From Bacteroidota bacterium (GTDB lineage Bacteria > Bacteroidota > Ignavibacteria > UBA10030 > UBA8401): a DNA stretch of 64,000 nt. The DNA is taken from assembly GCA_005792285.1 (NCBI GenBank), contig SXSI01000049.1, forward strand, positions 19,589-83,588, written 5' to 3'. The notes beneath the pieces are model-generated. The model ran no database searches, was not told the DNA's origin, and saw only the letters and a list, made by a program, of their open reading frames with translations. Made by a program: the position numbers and the translations under genes. Of this stretch, positions 52,424 to 63,628 are shown piece by piece. Within the stretch, counting starts at the first letter, position 1; each line of letters begins with the position of its first letter.

Positions 52424-53445
52424 AAACTAAATATCAAGTTGTAATTATTGGTGGAACTTTATCTTCAATTACGGCAGCAATTGATTCTGCAAGAGAGGGT
52501 TTTTCAACTTTATTAGTTGAACCAACATTAAATATTGGTGGCAAACTTTCCGGAAGATTTCTACCGAGCGAGTTAAAAAATTATTTCAATGATGACTCTT
52601 CATTTAAAGGTGATGATTTGTTATTGAAATATCTTCAGGAAAATATTTTAGTTTCTAATTTATTCACTTCTTGGTATAATAATATTTCCTTTCAAAAATA
52701 TATTATTAATCAATTAATTAATTTGAATGTAACGGTTGCATTAAAATCTGTCGTCACTGCGATAAGAACAACAGAAAATAAAATTCATCATGTAATAATA
52801 TCAAATGGTGAAAAAATAAATGTAATTGAAACTGATTTAGTAATTGATTGTTCCAGCTCGATGGACGCAATTCAATTACTTAATCCAAAAATGTTATTGA
52901 ATGGCTCACATTTTCAAACTTCAATAATAAGATTTTCAGGAGTTGATTTTGTTGAATTACTTTCAGATGTGAGAGAGCATCCGAAAAATTATTCTACATC
53001 TTCCTCGCAAAGATATTCTTCAAAAGAGATAATTATCAATGGGCTAAATAGAAACTTTCTTGAAAAGTTAGGGCCATTAGAATTTATTTTTCCTCCAAAT
53101 CGTAATGAATCTTGTTTAACATTTACAAAAAAGTTCTCAGAAATAAATTCTAAAAATGATGCACATGAAATATTAGAGGAATTAAAAAATAATTGTACGG
53201 GATTTAAAAATATTATAACATTAGAAATATCTAATTATAAAAATTATTGTTTAGATATCGAGTTATATAATTCATATTTAGTAAATAATAAAATAACAAA
53301 TCTGATAATCGCAACTGGCTCACTTCAAGAAGAAGCATATATAAATCCACTTTCAGTTAAATCTTACACAACACTTTTCAGATTGGGAAAATCAGCAGCA
53401 TTAAAAATAAGTGGGATTATTAAAAATCGAGAAGATAAAAAATAA
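52420..53445 (+). CDS. FAD-oxidoreductase-like paralog with a degenerate dinucleotide-binding motif
   Basis: 'VVIIGGTLSSITAAIDSAREG' parallels the upstream gene but GxGxxG is lost. 4-nt overlap with the upstream gene. Confidence 0.45.
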   Translation: MKTKYQVVIIGGTLSSITAAIDSAREGFSTLLVEPTLNIGGKLSGRFLPSELKNYFNDDSSFKGDDLLLKYLQENILVSNLFTSWYNNISFQKYIINQLINLNVTVALKSVVTAIRTTENKIHHVIISNGEKINVIETDLVIDCSSSMDAIQLLNPKMLLNGSHFQTSIIRFSGVDFVELLSDVREHPKNYSTSSSQRYSSKEIIINGLNRNFLEKLGPLEFIFPPNRNESCLTFTKKFSEINSKNDAHEILEELKNNCTGFKNIITLEISNYKNYCLDIELYNSYLVNNKITNLIIATGSLQEEAYINPLSVKSYTTLFRLGKSAALKISGIIKNREDKK

Positions 53446-54362
53446 TGCAAGTAATTAATTATCCCGAAAAAAATGGAGTTGCTTATTTTGAAAATCACGA
53501 AAGTCTGATATCTGAGTTAATATTAAGCGTTTTTAAACTTTGCAAGAATAATGAGAAAGTAAATAAGCTTATTTCGATTGGTTTTGATACAAGAGAAGAT
53601 TCTGAAAAATTAGCAAATAGTTGTGCGAAAATACTTTCTGAAAATGGAATAAAAATAAATATATCAAAAGAAAGTATTCCAACTCCAGTATTAAAATATT
53701 TTACATATTATTCAAAATCATTTATTGGGATAATGATTACAGGGGGTGCATTAAAAAGTGGATGGAATGGATTTAAACTTTACGATTCGAATTCGGAGGC
53801 ACTTCAAGTTTCAAATAATATTGTAATTGAATTCAATAAGTCTATAACAAATAGTGAAATAATTATTTCCGATATGTTGAAAAATTATTTAGAATATATT
53901 AAGAGTGTAATTAATTTGGAAATAATCGGTAATTATGGAAAAACTCACGAATCAATCGAAAGTATTTTAATCGATTCGATGGGAGGAACAGGGAAAACAA
54001 TAATTGAGGATGTTGTTTATGAACTAGGATGGAGAGTTCAAACTTTATTCGGAGGTCCTTTAAATTCTTTTTATGATCGAACACCAGAAATAAGTATTCA
54101 ACAAATTGAACCAATTTCTTATAATGTAAATGTTACTGATGCAATAATCGGTATAATGTTAAATGGCGATTGTTCGGAAGCAGGAATTGTAAATGAGGAA
54201 GGAAATTATATTTCGAAAAATAAAATATCAGAATTAATAAATAATTATTACAAACCGAAATCGGATGATATTTTGAATAATATTTTACAAGATGGAATTT
54301 TGAGTTCATTAATTATTCTTGAAATAATTTGTAAAAAGGGAAAGGATATTTTAAATAAGTAA
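53445..54362 (+). CDS. Phosphohexomutase (PGM/PMM)-like protein with degenerate catalytic motifs
   Basis: 'IGFDTRED', 'IPTPVLKYF' and 'GIMITGGALKSGWNGFKL' align to PGM_PMM domain I, but TASHNP has become TGGALKS. 'GIMLNGDCSEAG' sits in place of the DGDGDR metal loop. 305 aa. Confidence 0.45.
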   Translation: MQVINYPEKNGVAYFENHESLISELILSVFKLCKNNEKVNKLISIGFDTREDSEKLANSCAKILSENGIKINISKESIPTPVLKYFTYYSKSFIGIMITGGALKSGWNGFKLYDSNSEALQVSNNIVIEFNKSITNSEIIISDMLKNYLEYIKSVINLEIIGNYGKTHESIESILIDSMGGTGKTIIEDVVYELGWRVQTLFGGPLNSFYDRTPEISIQQIEPISYNVNVTDAIIGIMLNGDCSEAGIVNEEGNYISKNKISELINNYYKPKSDDILNNILQDGILSSLIILEIICKKGKDILNK

Positions 54363-55070
54363 ATGAAAATGTTTAAACTAGTTTATTTTCTTTTATCTTT
54401 TACTTTGTTGTATAGTCAACAAAATGAATCTTCATTAGATGTCAGAATATTTCGCTCAATAAATAATAATCAGACATCGCTCCAAAAAAATATAATTAAT
54501 ATTACCGATCGAACTTTAATTCCAATTGCAATTGCAACTCCACTATCAATAATAAGTTATGGTTTGTACGAAAAAAATATATCGACTTCAAATTTAGGAA
54601 TTGAAATTGCCTCAACTCAAATAATATCTACAATTATTCGAACTGTAATTAAAGAAACTGTGAAACGACCAAGACCATATTTAACTCTTGAAAATGTTCA
54701 CGTTTCAAATAAAGAATCGGCAACGTCATACTCATTTCCTTCTGGGCACGCTATGAGCGCATTCGCATTAGCTACTTCAGTTTCGCTAAATTTTCCCAAA
54801 AAGGAAATTATTATACCGATGTATTTATGGGCATCAATGGTTGGTTATGGAAGAATATATTTTGGAGTCCATTATCCAAGTGATATTTTGGTTGGAGCAG
54901 TTAGTGGAAGTTTAGTTGGATATTCAATTCACAAATTTCTTCAGAATGAAGATTACAAAATATTCAAAGAGAAAAATAATAGTTCAAACTTGGGAAATAA
55001 AATAGAAATAATGTTGCATCCGCAAATTTATTCTGATTATCAGGGAATAAATTTAAATATTAAATTTTAA
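54363..55070 (+). CDS. PAP2-family lipid phosphatase (membrane)
   Basis: 'KRPRPY', 'PSGHA' and '[12 protein letters not shown]' are the three PAP2 motifs. Confidence 0.8.
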   Translation: MKMFKLVYFLLSFTLLYSQQNESSLDVRIFRSINNNQTSLQKNIINITDRTLIPIAIATPLSIISYGLYEKNISTSNLGIEIASTQIISTIIRTVIKETVKRPRPYLTLENVHVSNKESATSYSFPSGHAMSAFALATSVSLNFPKKEIIIPMYLWASMVGYGRIYFGVHYPSDILVGAVSGSLVGYSIHKFLQNEDYKIFKEKNNSSNLGNKIEIMLHPQIYSDYQGINLNIKF

Positions 55071-55612
55071 GGGAAAAGAATCGCTGAGGCAATTACAGTA
55101 GTCCAAAGTCCATTTTTATCTCCTTCGGCTGACTGAGTAATATTAAAAGTTTTCCAAATTTTACCACTCGTTTTAAAAACTTGTTCACGTTCATCCCAAT
55201 TTGTATCAGGATTAAATTCAATACCCAAAGTTGTTGCAAGCATTGTTGCTGCGAGATCTTCTGCATATTCACCACATTTTGAATCTGGTTCGCCATATGG
55301 ATGATGTTCCGATAAATATCCATACTGAGTGATGTCGGAGGGTTGTGCAACACCAATTGAAGCTGCAATGAGCCGATTTGGTTCATTAGTTGCATTTCTT
55401 GCCATAACACTAAAAGTAACAGATCCAGGAATTAATAATTTTTGAGCTTCAGCTACGTAAATTCGTTTACAATTTGGAGGATAAATACTTGAGACAGTTA
55501 CAAGATTACAAATTTCAATTTTGGCATCTCGTAATGCAAGCTCAAATGATTGAAGATAATCTCGATGTCTGCCGACACCTTTTGTGAAAAATACTTTTGT
55601 TGGTACAAACAT
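55067..55612 (-). CDS. pdaD: Pyruvoyl-dependent arginine decarboxylase
   Basis: '[14 protein letters not shown]' and the '[11 protein letters not shown]' Ser-Ser self-cleavage site. 181 aa. Confidence 0.6.
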   Translation of the reverse strand: MFVPTKVFFTKGVGRHRDYLQSFELALRDAKIEICNLVTVSSIYPPNCKRIYVAEAQKLLIPGSVTFSVMARNATNEPNRLIAASIGVAQPSDITQYGYLSEHHPYGEPDSKCGEYAEDLAATMLATTLGIEFNPDTNWDEREQVFKTSGKIWKTFNITQSAEGDKNGLWTTVIASAILFP

Positions 55613-55621
55613 TGCTGCTCC

Positions 55622-56845
55622 TTATTTATGAAATGGAATTAATTTTATAAAATTTCTTTTTCCAACTTTTAACACAACAGATTCTGAAATTGTAATGTTA
55701 CTCATCGGATCTGTAATTTTTTTATTTTCAATTGAGACGCCACCTTGTTCAATTACTCTTTTTGCCTGACTTTTTGATTCGCATAATTTAGTATCAACTA
55801 ATAATTGTAATAGTGAAATTGATTTCGAGTTTAATATAAATTCTTCAATATTCATAGGATTATTTTTCTTCACAAAAATTTCGTCGAATTCCTTTTCAGC
55901 ATTTTCAGCAATTTCTTTTGAATAATAAAGCGCAACAAGTTCACGAGCCAACTCCCGTTTAACATCTCGTGGATTTATTTCTCCGCTATCCAATAATTTT
56001 TTAGAATTCGTGATAGATTTAGTTGAAACATCAGTTGCCAAAGTGAAATAATCAATAATTAAATTATCTGGAATCGAAAGTGTCTTACCGTAAATATCTT
56101 TTGGTGATTCACTAATTCCAATATAATTATCAAGAGATTTACTCATCTTATCAACTCCATCGGTTCCAACAAGAAGTGGAAGTGTAATTATAACTTGCGG
56201 CATTTGTCCAAATTCTTTTTGTAAATCACGGCCAACAAGTAAATTAAATTTCTGGTCAGTTCCTCCAAGTTCAACGTCAGCTTTAATTGCAACGGAATCG
56301 TATGCTTGGGCCAATGGATATAAAAATTCGTGCATCGCAATTGGTTCGCCAGATTTGTACCGTTGCGTAAAATCATCGCGCTCAAGCATTCTTGCGATAG
56401 TATATTTACTTGAAATATGAATTATATCTGCAAAAGTTTTATTTGCCAACCATTCAGAATTATATTTTATTGTAACATTTTTTGAAGATAGAATTTTCGA
56501 TGCTTGATCAAAATAAGTTTTGCCATTAATTTTAGTCTCTTCCAAAGTTAAAGAAGGGCGAGTTTTATTTTTTCCAGTTGGATCGCCGATTATTCCTGTA
56601 AAATCACCAATTATTAAAATTGCCTGATGACCTAAATCTTGAAAATGCCGAAGTTTTTTTAACACAACAGAATGTCCTAAATGTAAATCTGGGCGACTTG
56701 GATCGCAACCAAGTTTTACTTGTAAAGGTTTGTTCGATTTTATTGAACGAACTATTTTTTCTTCCAGTTCTTTTTCAGGAATTATTTCTTGAACACCACG
56801 TTTAATGATGTCCATTTGTTCGTTAATGGATGGAAATTTATTCAT
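55622..56845 (-). CDS. tyrS: Tyrosine--tRNA ligase
   Basis: 'PDLHLGHSV' (HIGH), 'KMSKS' and a C-terminal S4 domain. Confidence 0.9.
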   Translation of the reverse strand: MNKFPSINEQMDIIKRGVQEIIPEKELEEKIVRSIKSNKPLQVKLGCDPSRPDLHLGHSVVLKKLRHFQDLGHQAILIIGDFTGIIGDPTGKNKTRPSLTLEETKINGKTYFDQASKILSSKNVTIKYNSEWLANKTFADIIHISSKYTIARMLERDDFTQRYKSGEPIAMHEFLYPLAQAYDSVAIKADVELGGTDQKFNLLVGRDLQKEFGQMPQVIITLPLLVGTDGVDKMSKSLDNYIGISESPKDIYGKTLSIPDNLIIDYFTLATDVSTKSITNSKKLLDSGEINPRDVKRELARELVALYYSKEIAENAEKEFDEIFVKKNNPMNIEEFILNSKSISLLQLLVDTKLCESKSQAKRVIEQGGVSIENKKITDPMSNITISESVVLKVGKRNFIKLIPFHK

Positions 56846-57309
56846 TTCTTTTTAGGCGACATAAAACGTCTCAAATCTCTTTCAGTTTCTCTTTCTTTAG
56901 TTACTTCTCGTTTATCATATAATTTTTTTCCACGGCAAAGTCCCAACTCGATTTTAACATTGCGTCGAGAAAAATAAACTTTTAATGGAATCAAAGTTAA
57001 TCCTTTTTCAGAAATTTTTCCAATTAATTTAATAATTTCTTTTTTTTGAAGAAGTAGTTTTCTTTCTCTTAACGGATCAACCAAGTCAATCGTAGCTTGT
57101 TTGTAAGGATGAATATACATGCCGTTCAACCAAACTTCTTGATTTCGAATCATTGCATAACCTTCTTGTAAATTAGCATTTCCGGCTCTAATTGATTTAA
57201 CTTCACTTCCCGTTAAGATAATTCCTGCTTCGTGAGATGATAATATCAAATATTCGAACTTTGCTCTTCTATTGAGAATTGTTGGTTGGTTTGATGACTT
57301 ACTTTCCAT
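56842..57309 (-). CDS. smpB: SsrA-binding protein
   Basis: 'NRRAKFEY..GSEVKSIR...NLQEGYA' and a basic C-terminal tail. Confidence 0.85.
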   Translation of the reverse strand: MESKSSNQPTILNRRAKFEYLILSSHEAGIILTGSEVKSIRAGNANLQEGYAMIRNQEVWLNGMYIHPYKQATIDLVDPLRERKLLLQKKEIIKLIGKISEKGLTLIPLKVYFSRRNVKIELGLCRGKKLYDKREVTKERETERDLRRFMSPKKK

Positions 57310-57395
57310 TTGCGAAGATAATCATTTTTTTTTTAAGGGGAACCATTTTTAATGAAATCGATTCTTGAAAATATAGTTCCTTCTTTTTACTTTGT

Positions 57396-58940
57396 ATGAT
57401 GAAGCAAGACGAAATATTACTCATTCTAGATTTTGGTTCACAAGTAACACAACTTATTGCGCGAAAAATTAGGGAATTAAATGTTTATTGCGAAATACAT
57501 CCATTCAATATTTCCATTGAAAAGATTAAGCAAATTAATCCAAAGGCAATAATTTTTTCCGGAGGACCACAAAGTGTTTATGGAGAAAATGCTCCAATTT
57601 CTGATTCAAGAATTTATGATTTAAATATTCCTTTGCTCGGAATTTGTTATGGTTTACAATTGATCGCACATCAATTGGGAGGGAAGGTTGAAAATTCTTC
57701 GAAAAGGGAATTTGGTAGAGCAATTTTAAATTTGAATAATTCTTCTTCACTATTTTCTGGTTTTAATTCTTCTACAGAAGTATGGATGTCTCACGGTGAC
57801 TCACTGACTTCTTTGCCAACTGGTTTTAATTCAATCGCAAATACAACCAACACATCAATTGGAGCAATCGAACAAAAAGAAAAAAATATTTATGGAGTTC
57901 AGTTTCATCCCGAAGTTCATCATACAAAAGAGGGAAAGAAAATATTTGAAAATTATTTATTTAAAATTTCTAAATTTAATAGAACTTGGTCGTCATCATC
58001 GTTTATAACTTCTTCCATAAATGAAATTAAAGAAAGAGTTAAAAACGAAAATGTAATTTGTGCTTTGAGTGGAGGAGTCGATTCGTCTGTAACTGCAATT
58101 TTACTTGAACGAGCAATTGGAAAACAACTTCATTGCATTCACATTGATAATGGTTTAATGCGAAGTAATGAAAGTAAATATGTGGTTGAAACAATTCAAA
58201 ATAAATTTAATTTACAATTGCATTTTGTAGATGCATCTAAATTATTTCTTTCGAAACTTGCGAATGTAGAAGATCCGGAATTAAAAAGAAAAATTATTGG
58301 AAATACTTTTATCGAAGTTTTCGAAGAAGAAGCCAATAAAATTCCAAATACAAAATATTTAGCCCAAGGAACTTTATATCCAGATGTAATTGAGTCGGTT
58401 TCAAATATGGGACCATCTGCCACAATAAAAACACATCATAATGTTGGCGGACTTCCGGAAAAAATGAATTTAAAATTAATTGAACCACTTCGTGAATTAT
58501 TTAAAGATGAAGTTAGAGAAGTTGGAAAATTACTCGGACTTCCAAATGAGTTACTAAATCGACATCCATTTCCCGGTCCCGGATTAGCAATTCGTGTGCT
58601 CGGTTCAATTACAGAAAATAGATTGAATATTCTTCGAAAAGCTGATTCCATTTACATCGAGGAACTTCAAAAAAATAATTTATACGATTTGATTTGGCAA
58701 GCATTTGCAGTTTTACTTCCAATAAATAGTGTTGGAGTGATGGGGGACGAAAGGACATACGAAAATGTTTTGGCGCTTCGAGCTGTTACAAGCACAGATG
58801 GGATGACCGCCGATTGGTTTAATATGCCAAATGAAGTTTTAGGAATTATTTCAAATAGAATTATAAATGAAGTTAGAGGTATTAACAGAGTAGTTTATGA
58901 TGTAAGTTCAAAACCACCGGCAACAATTGAATGGGAATAA
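57396..58940 (+). CDS. guaA: GMP synthase (glutamine-hydrolysing)
   Basis: GATase 'GICYGLQL', PP-loop 'LSGGVDSSV' and the C-terminal dimerisation domain ending 'EWE'. Confidence 0.9.
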   Translation: MMKQDEILLILDFGSQVTQLIARKIRELNVYCEIHPFNISIEKIKQINPKAIIFSGGPQSVYGENAPISDSRIYDLNIPLLGICYGLQLIAHQLGGKVENSSKREFGRAILNLNNSSSLFSGFNSSTEVWMSHGDSLTSLPTGFNSIANTTNTSIGAIEQKEKNIYGVQFHPEVHHTKEGKKIFENYLFKISKFNRTWSSSSFITSSINEIKERVKNENVICALSGGVDSSVTAILLERAIGKQLHCIHIDNGLMRSNESKYVVETIQNKFNLQLHFVDASKLFLSKLANVEDPELKRKIIGNTFIEVFEEEANKIPNTKYLAQGTLYPDVIESVSNMGPSATIKTHHNVGGLPEKMNLKLIEPLRELFKDEVREVGKLLGLPNELLNRHPFPGPGLAIRVLGSITENRLNILRKADSIYIEELQKNNLYDLIWQAFAVLLPINSVGVMGDERTYENVLALRAVTSTDGMTADWFNMPNEVLGIISNRIINEVRGINRVVYDVSSKPPATIEWE

Positions 58941-60721
58941 ATTTATATAAAAATATATTTTTTGTATTCATAATTTTATTAGTTAATAATTTAAATTCCA
59001 ATGGGGAAACAAAAGTTAATTATTCTTCAAAATCAGAAATAGAATTTAACAAAGGTCTTTCTAGATTTGCATCTCATCGATATGAGGAATCAAAAAATAT
59101 TTTCCAACAATTAGCAAATGATAAAGTTAAACATCAAAGAACTTCATCTTCAATGTTGATGTTTGCAAGATCCTTAACTCTTACAAAACAATTTCAGCAA
59201 TCAAATGAAGTATTAAGTCTACTATTTCAGCAATTTCCAAATATTAAATATCGATCAGATATTTTAGAAACTATGGGAGTAAATTATTATCGATTGAATA
59301 ATTACTCAAAATCAATTTTATTTTTTGTTGACTTGCTAAATAAAAACGAAAGTTCAGTTTTTAATAAAGTTATTGCTCGAAGTTTTATTAAAGAAATAAT
59401 TATTTTTCAAGCAGAACAATCTTCCATTCCAAAATTAGTTAATGAGTTTGAAAATCTGAATGAAACTTTTGGCTACTCATATTTATTATTGCAAGTAGCC
59501 GAAAGATATTACAGAGATGGAGATGATTCGAATGCCCGAAGTAAAATATTATCACTTCTAAAAAATACAGAAGATCAATTATTAATTTCACAATCGGATG
59601 CATTACTTCAACACATCAATAAAAAACATTTTGTAGAAATTGGAGTAATTTTGCCATTGTTCGAACAATTAGATTCATCATTTACACAGAAAAAAATTGC
59701 AAAAGAAATTCGTGACGGATTAGAAAAAGGAGTTGCATTTCATAATCAGCAATCTCGCACGCAAATAAAATTGATTTATAACGATATGAGCAATAATATT
59801 AAATTAGCTGCGAATCAGTTACACGAATTATCTCAAAATAATTATTGCATCGGAATAATCGGTCCACTTTTTAGTTATGATGCGCAAATACTTTCAGCAT
59901 TGGCTAAACGAAGAAAAATTCCACTAATTACACCGACCGCAACCGACACCGGAATTTCTTCGAAAGGAGATTATATATTTCAACTTAATTACGATTATAA
60001 TTCCCGCGGAAAATCTTTGGCAAAATTTGCACTTCAACATTTACAAAAAAAGAATATTGCAGTTATTTCTCCTTCCTCTTATCCATATAGATACACAACA
60101 GATATTTTTGTGAAAGAAATTATTAATGGTGGAGGTTTAATAGTTTCAGATATAAGATATCCAAAAGGTGCAACTGATTTGCGTTCATCATTCAGAATGA
60201 TTCGAACTGATGGAATATTAATTGAAAGTGATACGAGTTATATGAAAAAGAAAAGAAATTATTATGTTGATAGTTTGCAATTTCCAATTAATTCGATTGA
60301 TTTAATTTATATGCCGATTACTGATAAGCAGCAAGTTAGTATAATGGCTTCACATTTAAAATTATTTAATATTTCAACAACTGTACTTGGTTCAAATGAA
60401 TGGATGAGTAAAGATGAATTGGAACTCAACAGAAATAATTACAAGAATATTTATTTTCCTTCCGATAATTTAACTTCAACTTCAGAAATAAATAGTAACT
60501 TTGCTTTCGGTTTCGATACAATTTCACTGTTATCAATGTTAGTCGATCAAGGTGCACGAAGCAGAGATGTTTTAGAAAATGAATTAAGTAATTTACTTTC
60601 CAGCGAAGGAGTGCGTGGAAAATATTCTTTACACCCAACACAATCAAATAGTTCAATTTCAATTTTTGAATATCAAAATGGAAAAGTCAAACAAGTTGAC
60701 GAGGTCAATACTTACGAATAA
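58931..60721 (+). CDS. Exported TPR-like plus type-1 periplasmic-binding-protein-fold protein (LpoA-like architecture)
   Basis: Signal peptide, an N-terminal helical repeat region and a C-terminal PBP1-like '[15 protein letters not shown]...IPLITPTA'. Confidence 0.4.
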   Translation: MGINLYKNIFFVFIILLVNNLNSNGETKVNYSSKSEIEFNKGLSRFASHRYEESKNIFQQLANDKVKHQRTSSSMLMFARSLTLTKQFQQSNEVLSLLFQQFPNIKYRSDILETMGVNYYRLNNYSKSILFFVDLLNKNESSVFNKVIARSFIKEIIIFQAEQSSIPKLVNEFENLNETFGYSYLLLQVAERYYRDGDDSNARSKILSLLKNTEDQLLISQSDALLQHINKKHFVEIGVILPLFEQLDSSFTQKKIAKEIRDGLEKGVAFHNQQSRTQIKLIYNDMSNNIKLAANQLHELSQNNYCIGIIGPLFSYDAQILSALAKRRKIPLITPTATDTGISSKGDYIFQLNYDYNSRGKSLAKFALQHLQKKNIAVISPSSYPYRYTTDIFVKEIINGGGLIVSDIRYPKGATDLRSSFRMIRTDGILIESDTSYMKKKRNYYVDSLQFPINSIDLIYMPITDKQQVSIMASHLKLFNISTTVLGSNEWMSKDELELNRNNYKNIYFPSDNLTSTSEINSNFAFGFDTISLLSMLVDQGARSRDVLENELSNLLSSEGVRGKYSLHPTQSNSSISIFEYQNGKVKQVDEVNTYE

Positions 60722-61415
60722 AATAAAAAGTGATCACCGAACTTTAAAAGAGTGGCCTGAAGGTGATCGCCCTCGTGAAAAATTATATTCAAAAGGTAGT
60801 TCATCACTATCAAATGCCGAGTTACTTGCAATTTTACTTCGAACGGGAACTGGAAATAAAACTGCAGTTGATATTGGAATTGAGTTATTGGCCAATAATT
60901 CGTTGCACTTTTTATCCGATAAAAATATTTCCGAACTGACTTCGATAAAAGGAATTGGAATAATTAAAGCATTGACTCTTGTTGCTGCGTTTGAACTTGG
61001 AAGAAGATTAATGAGTGAACCATCTGCGAAATTATCACAAATATTAACGCCAAAAGATGTTAGTAAAATTTATATTCCAAAATTGCAACATTTAAAACAG
61101 GAAGAATTTTACGTTTTGCTTTTAAATAATAGGAAACAAATAATTCGGGAAATTCCGGTTTCGAAAGGAACACTTCACGCAACTTTGGTTGATCCTCAAC
61201 AAGTTTTCAAAGAAGCAATAATTTATTCTGCAGCGAGTATTATTTTAATTCACAATCATCCAAGTGGAAATCCGGAACCGAGTCGTGAAGATATTAATTT
61301 AACAAGACAACTTTTACAAGCGAGTAAGATTATTGGAATCCCAATTGATGATCATTTAATAATTGCCGGCGATTCATACACAAGTTTTGCAGATAGGGGA
61401 TTGTTTAATTTATGA
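60678..61415 (+). CDS. radC: RadC-family JAB/MPN domain protein. The start is uncertain; it overlaps the upstream gene
   Basis: 'RPREKL..LSNAELLAILLRTG' and 'HNHPSGNPEPSREDI'. Confidence 0.8.
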   Translation: MEKSNKLTRSILTNKIKSDHRTLKEWPEGDRPREKLYSKGSSSLSNAELLAILLRTGTGNKTAVDIGIELLANNSLHFLSDKNISELTSIKGIGIIKALTLVAAFELGRRLMSEPSAKLSQILTPKDVSKIYIPKLQHLKQEEFYVLLLNNRKQIIREIPVSKGTLHATLVDPQQVFKEAIIYSAASIILIHNHPSGNPEPSREDINLTRQLLQASKIIGIPIDDHLIIAGDSYTSFADRGLFNL

Positions 61416-61450
61416 TAAAACGAAAAACATTTCCTAATTATTCTAATGAA

Positions 61451-62203
61451 TTATTCTTTCGATTTAATTACGTTCCAAATATTATCCATTTCTTCAAGTG
61501 AAACTGATCCCAATATTTTATCAGAAGATTTAATTATATCCTCTAACTTTGAAAATCTTTTGTTAAATTTTTTACACGCATTTTGAAGTGAAATTTCGGG
61601 ATCTATTTTTAAAAAACGAGAATAGTTCACAATAGAAAAAAGAAAATCTCCAAATTCTTCTTCAAGATTTTCAGGGGAAGTAGCATTTTCAATTTCGGTT
61701 AATTCCTCGTAAACTTTTTTAAGAACATCAGCTCGATTATTCCAATCAAATCCAATAGTTGCAACTTTTTTTTGAATTCGAAAAGCTCTAACAAGAGCTG
61801 GAACTGAAGATGAATTTAAATCATCGAGTAAATTTCCAACTTTATTTTTACGTTTAATTTCATGCCAATTTGAAATTTGATTTTGAAGATTTGGCGGAGT
61901 ACTGCCGGAACTAATTTCAGGATGACGCTCATTTAATTTTGTAAATATATTTTGAATTACATCATCAATTGTAAAATCTCCAGATTCAGAAGCTATTGAA
62001 GTTTGTAACAGAATGTGAAAAAGAATATCCCCCAATTCATCGCAACGATCTTTTTCATTTTCAACAGAAGTTGCTTCATAAACTTCTTCGATAAAGAGTG
62101 GACGAAGCGATTCAAAAGTTTGTTTGGAATCCCACGGACATTCCTTTCTTAATTTTTTTACGAATAAATTAAGTTCCTGAAACGCTAAATTTTGAGATTC
62201 CAT
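61451..62203 (-). CDS. mazG: Nucleoside triphosphate pyrophosphohydrolase MazG
   Basis: Two MazG EExxE/D repeats ('ELGDILFHIL', 'EEFGDFLFSIV'). Confidence 0.8.
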   Translation of the reverse strand: MESQNLAFQELNLFVKKLRKECPWDSKQTFESLRPLFIEEVYEATSVENEKDRCDELGDILFHILLQTSIASESGDFTIDDVIQNIFTKLNERHPEISSGSTPPNLQNQISNWHEIKRKNKVGNLLDDLNSSSVPALVRAFRIQKKVATIGFDWNNRADVLKKVYEELTEIENATSPENLEEEFGDFLFSIVNYSRFLKIDPEISLQNACKKFNKRFSKLEDIIKSSDKILGSVSLEEMDNIWNVIKSKE

Positions 62204-62275
62204 TTATTCTCCAAATAAATTATTTGATTATTAATTAATATTAGCAAAGTTAAACAATTCTTTCAAAATTGCAGA

Positions 62276-63169
62276 ATGAATTCAACAGAAACAAAAACTT
62301 GGACGATACTTTCTTTACTTGAAACTTCAACAAATTATCTTCTGCAAAAAAATTTTGATGATGCACGATTGAGTGTAGAAATTCTACTTTCAGATTCCTT
62401 AAAACTTCCCAGAATTCAACTTTATTCACAATTTGATAAAGTTATAACACAAAGTGAATTGCTAACTTTTAAGAAAAAGTTCACTTCTTTAGTTGCAAAC
62501 GAACCACTTCAATATATTGTCGGTCAAACTTCTTTTTATGGATTGCAAATTCTTTGCGATAAGAGGGCATTAATTCCGCGTCCGGAAACAGAACCAATTG
62601 TTGAAAAATGTATCGAATATATTAAACTTCATTTCCCGATTAACAAGCAACTTTCTGTATTAGAAGTTGGAACCGGAACAGGTTGTATCTCAATTGCGCT
62701 TGCAAAGAGTTTAAGTAATTTAAAAATTGTGGCAATTGACATTGATGAGCATTCTTTAAATTTAGCAAATGAAAACATAAAGTTGCATTCACTTACAGAT
62801 AGAATTGAATTAAAAAAAGTTGACATAAATAATTTTATTTCAAATTTAGAACTTCAGGATATCGATATAATTATTTCCAATCCACCATATATTTCAAAAG
62901 AGGAATATCAAAATTTACCAATTCATATTCACGATCATGAACCGAGACATGCTTTAACTGATGAAAATGATGGATTGCAATTTTATCATAAACTAAATGA
63001 AATAAGTCAAACAATTTTAAAACAAAATGGATTATTAATTATTGAACATGGAAGTGAGCAATCCGAAAAAGTAAAAGAAATATTTTCAAATGAAGTATGG
63101 AATTATGAAAGCTCAATAATTGATATGAGCAAACATGTGAGAGGCGCAATTTATAAATTTCAAAATTAA
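62276..63169 (+). CDS. prmC: Release factor glutamine methyltransferase PrmC (HemK)
   Basis: 'LEVGTGTGCISIALA' and 'NPPY'. Confidence 0.85.
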   Translation: MNSTETKTWTILSLLETSTNYLLQKNFDDARLSVEILLSDSLKLPRIQLYSQFDKVITQSELLTFKKKFTSLVANEPLQYIVGQTSFYGLQILCDKRALIPRPETEPIVEKCIEYIKLHFPINKQLSVLEVGTGTGCISIALAKSLSNLKIVAIDIDEHSLNLANENIKLHSLTDRIELKKVDINNFISNLELQDIDIIISNPPYISKEEYQNLPIHIHDHEPRHALTDENDGLQFYHKLNEISQTILKQNGLLIIEHGSEQSEKVKEIFSNEVWNYESSIIDMSKHVRGAIYKFQN

Positions 63170-63627
63170 TGAAAGCACTAATTCAAAAAGTTTCTTCATC
63201 TTCTGTGAGTGTGAATGAAAAAATTATTTCTTCAATAGGAAAAGGATTGCTAATATTTTTAGGAGTAGGCAAGTTCGACACAATTAACGATGCAAGAAAA
63301 CTTGCAAAAAAATGTTGTCAGCTTAGAATATTTGAAGATGAAAATAATAAAATGAATCGTTCGTTGATTGATGTTTCGGGGGAAATAATGATCATTTCGC
63401 AGTTTACTTTATATGCAGATACACTAAAAGGATTAAGACCGAGTTTTGAATTAGCAGCTCCTCCTGAAATTGCTGAACCGTTGTACCAAAAATTTATTGC
63501 TGAGTGCAAATTAATAATTGAATCTGAAAAAGTTAAAACAGGAATATTTCGGGAAATGATGAAAGTATCTTTAGTTAACGATGGTCCAGTTACAATATTA
63601 GTTGAATCTGAAACTATGAAAATATAA
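63169..63627 (+). CDS. dtd: D-aminoacyl-tRNA deacylase
   Basis: 'MKALIQKVSSSSVSV', 'SQFTLYAD' and 'NDGPVTI'. Confidence 0.85.
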   Translation: MKALIQKVSSSSVSVNEKIISSIGKGLLIFLGVGKFDTINDARKLAKKCCQLRIFEDENNKMNRSLIDVSGEIMIISQFTLYADTLKGLRPSFELAAPPEIAEPLYQKFIAECKLIIESEKVKTGIFREMMKVSLVNDGPVTILVESETMKI

Positions 63628-63628
63628 T

